DNA of 64,000 nt from an uncultured Pelagibacteraceae bacterium (GCA_902628305.1 CACOMK010000001.1:44980-108979); one strand, 5' to 3'; counted from the stretch's first letter, positions 50,406 through 60,960 are shown. Numbers and translations are program-made. Notes: a model not told the origin generated them from the letters alone.

Positions 50406-51368
50406 TTAATAATTTATTTTTAATTTTTTATTTTTAGTAATTGCACTTAATAATGCAATCATTAATGGAATTTTTTTCTTATTAATTTTTCTTAAAACAT
50501 AGGGTGCAATTTCATTGGCTAAATCAGCACCCTCAATAGTGTCATTTTTCATAAATTTCTTTTTAGCACTTTTAAAAGGGAGTCCTTTACCTAAGTATTC
50601 TCCCATTTTGCTGTTTCTGCCTCCTACAGCGCTCACATAAAGGTCTCCAATACCAGCTAAACCGTTAACAGTTTCTTCTTTTCCTCCAAAAAATTTAATT
50701 AAATATTTCATTTCATCTATAGACTTTCTGAATAAAGCAGAGGATGTGTTATTTCCTTGACCTGATCCAATTATCATTGAATAAATATTCTTGATAGCAG
50801 AGGAAAACTCAACACCTTTTACATCTGAAGAATATTCTGTTTTGTAATAATTAGTTGAAATCATTTTTCCAATTTTTTTAGCAATAGTTATATTTTTATT
50901 TGCTATTACAGTATAACTTTTTACCTTCCTGGCTAATTCTTTTGCTAAACAAGGTCCTTTTAATATTGAAATATTTAAATTGTTTTTGTTTAAATTTAAT
51001 TGCTCAGACATACTAATTAATTTTTTACTTTTTTTTTGAAATTTCAAACCTTTAGTTAAAACAAGTATTAAAGTTTTTTGTTTAAGATCTTTTAGATAAT
51101 TTTTTATCATATCTATACCTAATGAGCTTACAGCAACTACTATTAAGTCCCATTTTTCACTAAGAAGTTCAGGATTAAATTTCTTAATATTAAGTTTATT
51201 TGATAAGTTGATTTTTAGGGCTGGATGAAATTTTTTTTTATTTTTTAATTTTCTTAGTAAATTTGAGTTATATGGCTCAGTCAAAGTTACTTTTTGATTA
51301 TTATCTATTAAAGGAACAGAGAAAGCTGCACCCATTGCCCCTGATCCAATTATTAAAACTTTTTTCAT
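50406..51368 (-). CDS. gpsA: NAD(P)H-dependent glycerol-3-phosphate dehydrogenase-like protein
   Basis: GSGAMG, TKG, KGPCLAKE, AIKN, GLAGIGDL...GGRN. Confidence 0.8.
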   Translation of the reverse strand: MKKVLIIGSGAMGAAFSVPLIDNNQKVTLTEPYNSNLLRKLKNKKKFHPALKINLSNKLNIKKFNPELLSEKWDLIVVAVSSLGIDMIKNYLKDLKQKTLILVLTKGLKFQKKSKKLISMSEQLNLNKNNLNISILKGPCLAKELARKVKSYTVIANKNITIAKKIGKMISTNYYKTEYSSDVKGVEFSSAIKNIYSMIIGSGQGNNTSSALFRKSIDEMKYLIKFFGGKEETVNGLAGIGDLYVSAVGGRNSKMGEYLGKGLPFKSAKKKFMKNDTIEGADLANEIAPYVLRKINKKKIPLMIALLSAITKNKKLKINY

Positions 51369-51373
51369 AAATA

Positions 51374-52852
51374 TTATGCTAAAGTTTTTTTAATTGCTTG
51401 CTGCCAACCTTGCAATAAGTGATTTCTTAATTTTTTATCAATTTTTGGCACAAATTCCTTATCTTTTCTCCATGTATTTTTAATATGATTTAATGATTTA
51501 AATTCTCCTATTTGATAACCTGCTAACAGAGCGGCTCCAAAAGCAGTTGTTTCTAAAATTTTAGGTCGAAGTACTTTTAAATTAATTATATTTGCCAAAA
51601 ATTGCGAAAACCAATTATTAGTTATCATACCACCATCAATTTTAACTATTCTGGGTTTTAAACCGTCTTTATTCATTGAATAAAATAAGTCATTACTTTG
51701 ATAAGCAACTGACTCTAGGGTTGCTCTAACTAAGGTTTTCCAATCACTATCTCTTGTAAGCCCTGTTATCAACCCTCTTGCATCAGGTCTCCAGTAAGGA
51801 GCCCCTATTCCACTAAAAGCTGGGACAACATAAACTTCATCATTACTTTTTGTTGATTTAGCTATTTTTTCAGTTTCGAAAGCATTGTTTATTAGTTTAA
51901 TTTTATCTCTTAACCATTGCACACCTGCTCCTGCTATGAAAATAGATCCTTCAAGAGCATACGTGGTCTTATTATTCAATCGATAACAAATTGTGGTTAA
52001 TAACTTATTTTTTGAATTAATTTTTTTTGATCCAGTATTCATTATTATAAAAGCGCCTGTACCATATGTACTTTTAGTTGATCCTTTTTCAAAACAAGCT
52101 TGTCCTACAGCTGCAGCTTGTTGATCCCCTAACACAGCAGAAATGGTTATTTCTTTTCCTGTGACTCTCTTATCTGTTTTTCCAAAATTATCTGCAGAAT
52201 TTTTTACCTCTGGCAAAATATTCTTTGGAATTTTTAATTTCTGTAAAATTTCATTATCCCATTTATTGTTATTAATATTAAATAACATGGTTCTGCTTGC
52301 GTTAGTGGCATCGGTTAAATGCTGTTTACCTTTAGTTAGTTTCCAGATTAAAAAGGTGTCTACTGTACCAAACAATAAATTATTCGTTTTTAATAACTTT
52401 TTTGAAACTTTTACATTATCTAAAATCCATTTTATTTTAGTAGCAGAAAAATAAGGATCTATAAATAACCCTGTTTTTTTTCTAAAAATATTTTCATAAT
52501 TTTTATTCTTTAGAGATTTACAATATTCCTGGGTTCTTCTATCTTGCCAAACAATTGCATTATAAATAGGTTTTCCAGTTTTTTTATTCCACAAAATTGT
52601 AGTTTCTCGTTGATTTGTAATTCCAATTGTAAGTATATGACCTTTTAAACTTTTAGCTTTTTTGATTACCTGTTTTAACGCTTTAAATGTTGTCGACCAA
52701 ATTTCATCTGGATTGTGTTCTACCCAACCATTTCTTGGAAAGTATTGTTTAAATTCGTATTGAGATATAAATTGAATATTGCCTTTGATATCAAAAAGCA
52801 CTACCCTCGAGGAAGTTGTACCCTGGTCTATCGAGATAATAAATTTTTTCAA
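51374..52852 (-). CDS. glpK: Glycerol kinase
   Basis: DQGTTSSR, GITNQRET, DATNASRT, GDQQAA, KSTYGTG; TTG start. Confidence 0.93.
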   Translation of the reverse strand: MKKFIISIDQGTTSSRVVLFDIKGNIQFISQYEFKQYFPRNGWVEHNPDEIWSTTFKALKQVIKKAKSLKGHILTIGITNQRETTILWNKKTGKPIYNAIVWQDRRTQEYCKSLKNKNYENIFRKKTGLFIDPYFSATKIKWILDNVKVSKKLLKTNNLLFGTVDTFLIWKLTKGKQHLTDATNASRTMLFNINNNKWDNEILQKLKIPKNILPEVKNSADNFGKTDKRVTGKEITISAVLGDQQAAAVGQACFEKGSTKSTYGTGAFIIMNTGSKKINSKNKLLTTICYRLNNKTTYALEGSIFIAGAGVQWLRDKIKLINNAFETEKIAKSTKSNDEVYVVPAFSGIGAPYWRPDARGLITGLTRDSDWKTLVRATLESVAYQSNDLFYSMNKDGLKPRIVKIDGGMITNNWFSQFLANIINLKVLRPKILETTAFGAALLAGYQIGEFKSLNHIKNTWRKDKEFVPKIDKKLRNHLLQGWQQAIKKTLA

Positions 52853-52856
52853 ATTA

Positions 52857-55010
52857 CTAATCTATGCCAAGATGTTTTTTTCTTTTTCCAACCCAAGTTC
52901 TTATTAAGTTATCAAAAATTAAACCTATAAATGCAACACAGATACCTAAAGTTAAACCGATTCCTGCTCCATTTTTATCTGAAAGTGCTTTTAAGATATA
53001 CTGACCCAGATCCTCTGTTCCAATAAATGCTCCTATTATCACCATGAATAAAGCAAAAACGATTGTTTGATTTAGACCAAGCATCATGTGTGGAAATGCT
53101 AATGGAAACTCAATTTTTGTTAATCTTTGAAATTTATTTACACCAGACATTGTTGCGGCTTCATGTAAGCCCACTGGAACACTTCTTAAACCCTCAATGG
53201 TGTATCTTGTTGCAGGAATTGTAGCATAGACTATTACTGCAATTAGCACAGAAGTATCTGTAATTCCAAAAAGCATCATTACAGGAATTAAATATACAAA
53301 TGATGGGAATGTTTGAAATATATCACAAACACCCAGCATAAACGCTGCAGATTTTTTATTTTGAAAACATAATGTTCCAACCGTAAATCCTATCAAACAT
53401 GAAACTATGACTCCAAAAGTTGCCATATACAAAGTTACCAACGCTCTATCCCACCATGGACTCAATGCAATAAATAAAGTCAAAGCAGCAACAACTAGCG
53501 CAGAGCGAATTCCTCCAATTAAATATCCAGCTCCAACAGCTAATACTAATGTGGCTACTGCTGGCATTCTTAAATATAGGGCTCTCATTGGCTGAAGTAC
53601 ATCTACAATTAACCACGTATTGAATGCTTTTATATAAACAAAGAAAGTATCAAAAATCCAATCTACCCCTTTGTTCCAAAAATCTGCTGTTGATATCCCT
53701 TTATTATGTGGAACTTCAAACAAGTAATTAAAGCTTCCTTTAAAAATAAAAGTGCCAATATAGGCTAAAACAATTCCGATTAATACTGATGCAGCAAAAA
53801 ATATTGTATTTTTATTTCTTTGAAAGAATGTGAGATTACCAAAATAATCAGTTTGTTTATTTGCCCAAGCTAAGGACATCTTATCTAAAAGTATTGCAAT
53901 TAAACTAATACACAGCCCTGCTTCTAATGCTAATCCAATATTAAGTTGGTTCAATGCTAACAATAAATTAAATCCTAAACCTTTTGCACCAATAAATGCG
54001 GATATTACTGCCATTGAAAAACAGACCATGATAACTTGGTTAACACCTATTAAAATATCTCTTCTAGCAGTAGGAATTAATACTTTTAACATCAATTGCC
54101 AATTAGTACATCCACTCATTCTACCTGCCTCAATAACCTCTGGGGGTATAGCTCTCAAACCCAATATTGTTAATAATATCATTGGAGGAACAGCAACGAC
54201 CATAGTAATGATCACAGCTGCATGATCACCAACACCAAAAAGAACTAGTGCAGGAACTAATACAGCATATTGCGGCATAGTTTGCATTACTAGGAGAATT
54301 GGGTACAAAGCTTTTTCAACACGTTTGCTTTTATATGCGGCAATACCTAAACCTAAACCAAAAATAAATGATAGAGGTGCAGCAACTAATATAAAAGAAA
54401 GTGTCTGCATTGAAGGTTTCCATTGACCAAATATAGAAATATAAATCATTGTTAAACCAGCAAACAATGCTAGTCCTTTTCCACTTAATTTATAAGATAG
54501 TATAGCTGCTCCAGCTGCAACAATTGTCCAGGGCAAACCCGGTAACTCTAACCAGGGGTAAGCATCTATAAAATCCCAACTTGTGAATGCAACAATTGTT
54601 TCTAAGCCTCCTAATAAAATCTCCCTAATTAATTCAATTAAAAAGGTCATGAATGCAGTTAAATTTCTGCTTATCTGCAAAAGTAGTGGTCGAGTTTTAA
54701 ATTCTTGAGTGTCTTCATTCCAAAACTCCATTGGCATCCACTCATTCATTAAGAAAAATAAAGAGTCATTTATCCAAATAGGCAACCAACCAAGTAGAGG
54801 AGGTAATCTCCAAAATACATCAAAGGCGTAGTACCTAACTTCTTTACCTAGAAAAAAGTAAACACTTTGATTAGGATCTTTAACAAATTCTGCCTGACCT
54901 CTTATAAATTTATAAGTTTCAGGAACTTCAATCGCAAAACACAAAGAAAAAAATACAATTAACAAAAATAACCATTGAAATAATTTAGGGTATTTTTTTA
55001 AATACTGCAT
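52857..55010 (-). CDS. tmoV: TMAO ABC transporter permease (duplicated ProW domains)
   Basis: Two ProW-type domains (MQTMPQ / FQTFPSFVYLIP); next to tmoX and tdm. Confidence 0.8.
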   Translation of the reverse strand: MQYLKKYPKLFQWLFLLIVFFSLCFAIEVPETYKFIRGQAEFVKDPNQSVYFFLGKEVRYYAFDVFWRLPPLLGWLPIWINDSLFFLMNEWMPMEFWNEDTQEFKTRPLLLQISRNLTAFMTFLIELIREILLGGLETIVAFTSWDFIDAYPWLELPGLPWTIVAAGAAILSYKLSGKGLALFAGLTMIYISIFGQWKPSMQTLSFILVAAPLSFIFGLGLGIAAYKSKRVEKALYPILLVMQTMPQYAVLVPALVLFGVGDHAAVIITMVVAVPPMILLTILGLRAIPPEVIEAGRMSGCTNWQLMLKVLIPTARRDILIGVNQVIMVCFSMAVISAFIGAKGLGFNLLLALNQLNIGLALEAGLCISLIAILLDKMSLAWANKQTDYFGNLTFFQRNKNTIFFAASVLIGIVLAYIGTFIFKGSFNYLFEVPHNKGISTADFWNKGVDWIFDTFFVYIKAFNTWLIVDVLQPMRALYLRMPAVATLVLAVGAGYLIGGIRSALVVAALTLFIALSPWWDRALVTLYMATFGVIVSCLIGFTVGTLCFQNKKSAAFMLGVCDIFQTFPSFVYLIPVMMLFGITDTSVLIAVIVYATIPATRYTIEGLRSVPVGLHEAATMSGVNKFQRLTKIEFPLAFPHMMLGLNQTIVFALFMVIIGAFIGTEDLGQYILKALSDKNGAGIGLTLGICVAFIGLIFDNLIRTWVGKRKKHLGID

Positions 55011-55013
55011 ATT

Positions 55014-56045
55014 TTAACTACCATTTTTTCTTCCTCCAAAAACTGTGTCTATAATTTTTGAAGGTTTAATTGATCCTACAATATTATTATTTGAGTCAAC
55101 TACTCCTACTAATTTTTCTTGTGTAAGTATTTTTTCGGCAACATTTTCTATGATTTCATCTTTTGATACTTTTAAATCTCCTAAGTTATCTTTACTTGAG
55201 GCATCCATGACATCCTCAATAATTAAAACCTTCTCTCTAGGCACTTCTTCAGTAAATTTTCTTACATATTCAGTTGCTGGATTTAATACTATGTTGGCTG
55301 GTGTATCTAATTGCTCAATTATACCGTCTTTCATAATTGCTATTCGATCAGCTAACTTTAATGCCTCATCAAAATCATGAGTAATGAACATTATAGTTTT
55401 TTGTAATTTTTCTTGAAGTCTTAAAAATTCATCTTGCATTTCTTTTCTGATTAATGGATCTAGTGCAGAAAAAGGTTCGTCCAAAAACCATATATCAGGT
55501 TCTACTGCTAGTGATCTTGCGATCCCTACTCTTTGTTGTTGTCCACCTGAAAGCTCTCTTGGAAAATAGTTTTCTCTTCCATCAAGTCCAACTAATTTTA
55601 CCATTTCCATTGCTCTATTAATACTATCATCAGTGTTAGTTCCTTTGATCTGTAAAGGAAATGCAATATTTTCAACTACGGTTTTGTGAGGTAGTAAAGC
55701 AAAACTTTGAAACACCATTCCCATTTTGCTTCTCCTAAGTTCTATAAGCTCTTTATTGTTTAATTCTAATAAATCTTGACCCTCAATAAAAATTTTCCCA
55801 CCTGTAGCATCCGTTAATCTTGATATACACCTAAGCAATGTTGATTTACCTGAACCAGATAAGCCCATCACTACTAACATTTCACCTTTTGCAACCTCAA
55901 AAGAAGCGTTGTTAACTCCTACAATACATCCCTTTTCTTGAAAAGTTTTTGCATCTACCTTACCGTTAGCTTCTTCAAGCATTTTTTTGGCATTTTGCCC
56001 AAAAATTTTATAAACTGATTCACATTTAATTACGGTCTCAGACAT
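55014..56045 (-). CDS. tmoW: TMAO ABC transporter ATPase (ProV-like)
   Basis: GLSGSGKS, LSGGQQQRV, DEPFSALDPLIR. Confidence 0.85.
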   Translation of the reverse strand: MSETVIKCESVYKIFGQNAKKMLEEANGKVDAKTFQEKGCIVGVNNASFEVAKGEMLVVMGLSGSGKSTLLRCISRLTDATGGKIFIEGQDLLELNNKELIELRRSKMGMVFQSFALLPHKTVVENIAFPLQIKGTNTDDSINRAMEMVKLVGLDGRENYFPRELSGGQQQRVGIARSLAVEPDIWFLDEPFSALDPLIRKEMQDEFLRLQEKLQKTIMFITHDFDEALKLADRIAIMKDGIIEQLDTPANIVLNPATEYVRKFTEEVPREKVLIIEDVMDASSKDNLGDLKVSKDEIIENVAEKILTQEKLVGVVDSNNNIVGSIKPSKIIDTVFGGRKNGS

Positions 56046-56106
56046 AATTCTAAAGTTATATTAAATTTAATAAAATTAAAATGTTAATAATTACTCCATT
56101 TCTTAG

Positions 56107-56658
56107 TTAAAAATTTTTAATAAAATAAACCCTCGTATCAATTCCTGTGCTTAAAAAACTTAGGGCCTCTCCACTTATCGTAACACTTTCATCTACCCCT
56201 ACATTATTTCCACTCACTGTAAAACCTGCAAAACATTTACCTTTTTCTTGATCCCACTTTACAAAAGTTTCATCAATTTTATTTCCATTAATTGTATATA
56301 GTTCATGCGCTCTAAAATTTAAAAAATTAGCACCCATGATTGCTCTTTGAGGAATTAGCTTTGTAGCTTTACATACCTGCTCATATACTTCATCTGTTAG
56401 TTTGTATTGATCAGTTCCATCAAATGCTACTAGTATCCCTGAAGGTAATTTAGAAATTAACTCACTAAGTTTTTTTTCTTCAGCAATTCTCTCTTCCTCT
56501 AGCTTCATTCTTTTTACTAAGTCATCACCTTGTCCAAAAATTCCATTTAAAATACTAAACGATATAATTACGATTAGAGTAATAAATATAAGACCAATAA
56601 ATTGTCTTAAAGACTCAGGTAAATCTTTTATTTTATTAATATAATTTTCTTTAGACAT
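56107..56658 (-). CDS. Hypothetical single-TM protein
   Basis: N-terminal TM, coiled segment, two Cys; TAATG-coupled to the MORN gene. Confidence 0.7.
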   Translation of the reverse strand: MSKENYINKIKDLPESLRQFIGLIFITLIVIISFSILNGIFGQGDDLVKRMKLEEERIAEEKKLSELISKLPSGILVAFDGTDQYKLTDEVYEQVCKATKLIPQRAIMGANFLNFRAHELYTINGNKIDETFVKWDQEKGKCFAGFTVSGNNVGVDESVTISGEALSFLSTGIDTRVYFIKNF

Positions 56659-57035
56659 TACTCCTGCAACTTACCATTCTTCCAAATACCCGTTTTTTGT
56701 TTTCCATCAGCCCAGGTAAATGTTCCCTGACCATTCATAAAACCGTTCGCCCACTCTCCTTCATAAGTAGAGCCATCAGGAAACGTTAATGTTCCTATTC
56801 CACTCCAGACACTATTTTTAAATTCCCCTTTATAAATATATCCATTTGGCCAAGTCTCTACACCTTGTCCTTGTTTTTTTGTAGAAACCCACTCCCCTTC
56901 ATAAGTAGTTTTATCGGTGTAAACCCACTTGCCGTAGCCATTATCACAATTACCCTCTTTACAACCAGTGCTTCGTGCAAATACAGAAGAATTTATTAAA
57001 AAGCTTAATAATATAAAAAGTAGAAATTTTTTCAT
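56658..57035 (-). CDS. Exported MORN-repeat protein
   Basis: Signal peptide, CKEGNC, repeats YEGEW...GQG...W.NG. Confidence 0.85.
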   Translation of the reverse strand: MKKFLLFILLSFLINSSVFARSTGCKEGNCDNGYGKWVYTDKTTYEGEWVSTKKQGQGVETWPNGYIYKGEFKNSVWSGIGTLTFPDGSTYEGEWANGFMNGQGTFTWADGKQKTGIWKNGKLQE

Positions 57036-57060
57036 GAATTTATTTTACACAAAATCATAT

Positions 57061-57097
57061 AAAAAAAAATCCCCCCCAACAAGTTGGGGGAGATTTT
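57061..57097 (-). terminator. Intrinsic terminator after tmoX
   Basis: Minus strand AUCUCCCCCAA-CUUG-UUGGGGGGGAU followed by a U-run. Confidence 0.85.
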
Positions 57098-57116
57098 AAA
57101 TTTTTAACTTTAATCC

Positions 57117-58061
57117 TTATTTAGTAAATGCTTTCCAAACTGACTCGTTATCAGCTAACCATTTTTTAGCTGCATCTTCGTGAGTCATTTTGTCAACATC
57201 AACTAAAGCTGCCATTGCACCAATTTGACTTGTAGAAAATGACAATTTTTTAAACATAGCTGCTGCATCAGGATGAGTTTTTGGGAAATCCTCATGGACT
57301 GCTTTTTTTAAGTATCCATCAGGAGAACCACATTTACCATCTCCACCATCTTCTGGTCTGCAACCAGCTGTATAAGGAGGAAAGTCAATAAATGTAAAAC
57401 CAGCACCATCTGTAAAGTTAGGTGTCCAGTTGAATATAATTGTTCCTCGTCCCTCTTTTTCAGCTGCAGCTAACTCTGCCCAAAGTGCATCTGCACTTCC
57501 AGCAAATTTAACCCACCAAAGATCACCTAAACCTAAAGCGTCAACTCTTTGTGGAATTAAGTCGCCATGCCAAGTTTGTGGACCTTCCAACATTCTTCCT
57601 TTTCCATCTGGAGAGTCAGGTGTTGTAAAGTTTTTTGCACAAGCTGGATTTTTTAGAGCTGTCCAGTCTGGTAGACCTGGGCATAATCCTTTTTCAGTAA
57701 CCCAATTTGGATATCCCATATCCTCTAGAGTTCTTGCTTCATGATCTCCATAATCTAACAAACCACCTTTATCAAGTGCTGTTGTAAATGATTTTCCAAA
57801 AGCAGATTCCCATACCTCGTGAGATATAGTTACATCTCCAATTCTAATTGACTCGTATACTGCTTGTGAGTCAGCATTAACGTATTTTACGTTATTTCCC
57901 ATACTTTCGAAAATACCACCTATCACATAGGCCATTACAATTTGGCTTGACCAGTTGTGAGTTGGTATCACGATGGGCTTTTTGCTATCGGCATTAGAAA
58001 TTCCTGCAAAACTTACAGCAGAAATCACTAGAGCAGATAGTAATGACATTATTTTTTTCAT
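57117..58061 (-). CDS. tmoX: TMAO-binding periplasmic protein
   Basis: HNWSSQ, HEVWESAF, CPGLPDW, FNWTPNF; divergent from tdm. Confidence 0.85.
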   Translation of the reverse strand: MKKIMSLLSALVISAVSFAGISNADSKKPIVIPTHNWSSQIVMAYVIGGIFESMGNNVKYVNADSQAVYESIRIGDVTISHEVWESAFGKSFTTALDKGGLLDYGDHEARTLEDMGYPNWVTEKGLCPGLPDWTALKNPACAKNFTTPDSPDGKGRMLEGPQTWHGDLIPQRVDALGLGDLWWVKFAGSADALWAELAAAEKEGRGTIIFNWTPNFTDGAGFTFIDFPPYTAGCRPEDGGDGKCGSPDGYLKKAVHEDFPKTHPDAAAMFKKLSFSTSQIGAMAALVDVDKMTHEDAAKKWLADNESVWKAFTK

Positions 58062-58097
58062 ATATACCCCTCTATATTATTAATATATTAATGTTTA

Positions 58098-58141
58098 AGT
58101 ATGTGCTTATTTAAAGTTATAGTCAACTCGTTTTGATTATA
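58098..58141. promoter_or_regulatory. tmoX sigma70-type promoter inside a dyad element between tmoX and tdm
   Basis: Minus strand TTGACT(58126-21)-N17-CATACT(58103-098); dyad TATAGTCAA-N6-TTGATTATA at 58118-58141. Confidence 0.5.
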
Positions 58142-58165
58142 CTAAAGTCACAAAAATTTTAAAAA

Positions 58166-60505
58166 ATGTTGGGTACAAGCAAAGATATTAAATATCCTGG
58201 TTTAAATATTTTACCACCTGGAGTTGAAAGACATGTTGTTAATGGTGGTGGATTAACTGGTTTTCAAGTTTTTCCAGATGATGAAATAGAGATTGTTAAC
58301 AATGAAGGTAATCAAATTTGTGAAATTATTTGCTTCAATAAAAATGGAAAGTCAGAACTTGGAATTTTTAATCTTAAAGAAAATAGTAAAAAAAATTACA
58401 TTAAAAATATTTTGCTTGGAAAAGACGAGTCTATACTTGCAACAAACTATCAATTAAAAAAAAGAAAATTAAATATTTCAGATTCACATGCTGCTATAAT
58501 TTTTGATCCAGACACAAATGCAGGTGAAGTTATTAAATTAAAATCAAAAGACAAATGCTATGCAATATTTGCTTCACCAGGGGATGATATGGATGTTACT
58601 AATCAAAATCCTCCTGGTGAATTAACAATATTTATAAAAAGATCAAAAATTACAAATGATAAAGAGTTGAATGTCATTCCAGATCCTGTTTTTGAACCTG
58701 CGTACGAAGAAAATATTTTAAGGCAATCTTGTATATCTTATGAGGTTAAAGAAGGTGACTACATTCAAATCATAAGTCCTACAGGAAGACAGTGCTCTGA
58801 CTTTGTAGCATTTGATACAAGAAAATTAGAGAAAGGAATTGAAAAAGGATTAGACTGGCAAACTACCAGAACTTTTATGGGTAATACTTTTCCTGGACCA
58901 GGTCTGTTTTCAAAATTTTATGATACTGATCATGAGCCGCTAGTTGAGGTTGTAAGAGATACAGTTGGAAAACATGACACTTTCAACCTTGCATGTACCT
59001 CAAAATATTATGAAGATGCGGGTTATTTTGGACATCCAAATTGCTCAGACAACTTAACAGAAAGTATGTCTAAATTTGGAGTGCAAAAACAGAAAGGTTG
59101 GCATGCAATCAATTTATTTTTTAACACCTCTGCAGCAGGTTTAAATTCTGTCATTTCAGATGAGTCTTATTCTCGACCAGGGGATTATGTAATGTTTAGA
59201 GCTTTAAAAGATTTAACTATTGGAACAACTGCATGTCCGAGCGATATTGATCCATGTAATTCGTGGAATCCAACTGATATTTTTGTTAGAACATATGACA
59301 AAAATAAAGAATTTAGCAAATCATTTGCATTTAGAATGAAAGCAGACTCAGAAAAAAAACTTACAAGGAACTCTGGTTTTTATGAAAGAACTTCTAAATT
59401 AACTAGAAATTTTGTTGATGCTAGAGGTTTTTGGCTTCCAAATGACTATACTAAACATGGTTTAGTAAACGAATATAACGCTTGTAGAAATGATGCTGTA
59501 CTTATTGATTTATCGTCATTAAGAAAATTCGAAATTATTGGCCCAGATGCAGAGGAACTTTTAAATTATACTCTCACAAGAAATATTAAAAAACTTTCTG
59601 TTGGACAAGTTGTTTATTCAGCTATGTGTTACGAAAATGGAATGATGTTTGATGATGGAACTCTTTTAAGATTAAGTGAAACAGGTTTTAGATGGATATG
59701 TGGAGACGAGTATGGAGGTGAATGGTTAAAAGAAGTTGCAAAGAAAAAAAAATTTAATGCTTTTATTAAAAACTCAACAGATCAAATAAGTAATGTTTCT
59801 TTACAAGGTCCAAAGAGTAGAGAAATATTGAAAAAAATCATTTTTACACCACCAACACAGCCTTCAATAGATGAACTAGGATGGTTTAGATTCACAATTT
59901 GTAGGATTGAAGAGCTTCAAGGCATACCTCTAATCGTTTCAAGAACAGGTTATACAGGCGAGTTAGGTTATGAGATTTGGTGTCATCCAAAACATGCGCC
60001 TGAGGTTTGGGATAAATTAATGGAAGCAGGAAAAGATGACGGTTTAATCCCAGCTGGGTTCGCTGCTTTAGACAAACTTAGAATAGAGGCAGGTTTAATA
60101 TTATTTGGTGCTGAATTTGATGGGGAACAAGACCCTTTCGAAGCAGGTATAGGTTTCGCTGTCCCTTTAAAAACAAAAGAAGAGGATTTTATTGGCAAAG
60201 AGGAATTAATAAAAAGAAAAGCCAACCCCCAAAAGAAATTAGTAGGTCTAGAGCTCGTTGGCAAAGAAATAGCAGGACATGGTGATTGTGTTCATATTGG
60301 AAGATCTCAAGTTGGTGTGGTTACAAGTGGATGTTTATCTTCAACTTTAAATAAAAATGTTGCACTTTGTAGAATAGACGCTCAGTACTCAGAAATTGGA
60401 ACTGAAGTTGAAATTGGAAAAATTGATGGTCATCAAAAAAGAATTGGTGCAAAAGTTGTTGGTTTTCCTTTTTATGATCCAACTAAATCTAGAGTCAGAG
60501 CTTAA
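58166..60505 (+). CDS. tdm: TMAO demethylase (DUF1989 + GcvT)
   Basis: GRQCSDF, HDTFNLAC, NCSDN, ACPSDIDPCN followed by a GcvT domain (RTGYTGELGYE). Confidence 0.9.
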   Translation: MLGTSKDIKYPGLNILPPGVERHVVNGGGLTGFQVFPDDEIEIVNNEGNQICEIICFNKNGKSELGIFNLKENSKKNYIKNILLGKDESILATNYQLKKRKLNISDSHAAIIFDPDTNAGEVIKLKSKDKCYAIFASPGDDMDVTNQNPPGELTIFIKRSKITNDKELNVIPDPVFEPAYEENILRQSCISYEVKEGDYIQIISPTGRQCSDFVAFDTRKLEKGIEKGLDWQTTRTFMGNTFPGPGLFSKFYDTDHEPLVEVVRDTVGKHDTFNLACTSKYYEDAGYFGHPNCSDNLTESMSKFGVQKQKGWHAINLFFNTSAAGLNSVISDESYSRPGDYVMFRALKDLTIGTTACPSDIDPCNSWNPTDIFVRTYDKNKEFSKSFAFRMKADSEKKLTRNSGFYERTSKLTRNFVDARGFWLPNDYTKHGLVNEYNACRNDAVLIDLSSLRKFEIIGPDAEELLNYTLTRNIKKLSVGQVVYSAMCYENGMMFDDGTLLRLSETGFRWICGDEYGGEWLKEVAKKKKFNAFIKNSTDQISNVSLQGPKSREILKKIIFTPPTQPSIDELGWFRFTICRIEELQGIPLIVSRTGYTGELGYEIWCHPKHAPEVWDKLMEAGKDDGLIPAGFAALDKLRIEAGLILFGAEFDGEQDPFEAGIGFAVPLKTKEEDFIGKEELIKRKANPQKKLVGLELVGKEIAGHGDCVHIGRSQVGVVTSGCLSSTLNKNVALCRIDAQYSEIGTEVEIGKIDGHQKRIGAKVVGFPFYDPTKSRVRA

Positions 60506-60508
60506 AAA

Positions 60509-60859
60509 ATGGCAAAAGAGAAGAAAACACTTTTAGATTTTTGGGAGGAGCAAATGAGACAATCCCATACAGCAAGTAATTATTTTTTTAGAAAGTCTCC
60601 TTCTCATTATCACATGATGCTACTCGTTATGTCTGCTCATAAAGAAAATAAAAAATTATCTGTTGAAGAACTTAAAACAAAATTATTTAAAACCTCTAGA
60701 CCAAAATCTGCACTAATTATTACTGAAGCTTGTGAGAAAGGATTCTTTCGTCTAGAAAAAACATCAACCGATCAGAGGATAAAAAATATAAGCCCAAGCG
60801 AGTCTTTCATTGAAGAATTTAATGAGTACCTTAATACTTTAAAAAACATAAGTTATTAG
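60509..60859 (+). CDS. Hypothetical winged-helix (MarR-like) protein
   Basis: LSVEELK...SRPK...GFF...DQRIKNI wing motif. Confidence 0.55.
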   Translation: MAKEKKTLLDFWEEQMRQSHTASNYFFRKSPSHYHMMLLVMSAHKENKKLSVEELKTKLFKTSRPKSALIITEACEKGFFRLEKTSTDQRIKNISPSESFIEEFNEYLNTLKNISY

Positions 60860-60960
60860 CGGTAAATTTAATTAAAATCAAAATATCTAAATTATATATA
60901 TAAATTTTAGTTCTATAAAAAATTATATTAATTACCATCTCCAAAAAATAATGTTTAATT

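Noticed and set aside
56658-57035. DNA repeat array or CRISPR
   Set aside because: The periodicity is protein-level MORN repeats; no identical repeats with spacers, and no cas, integrase or transposase genes in the window
60860-60960. AT-rich imperfect inverted repeats upstream of the FAD oxidoreductase
   Set aside because: Almost entirely A/T, so likely to arise by chance
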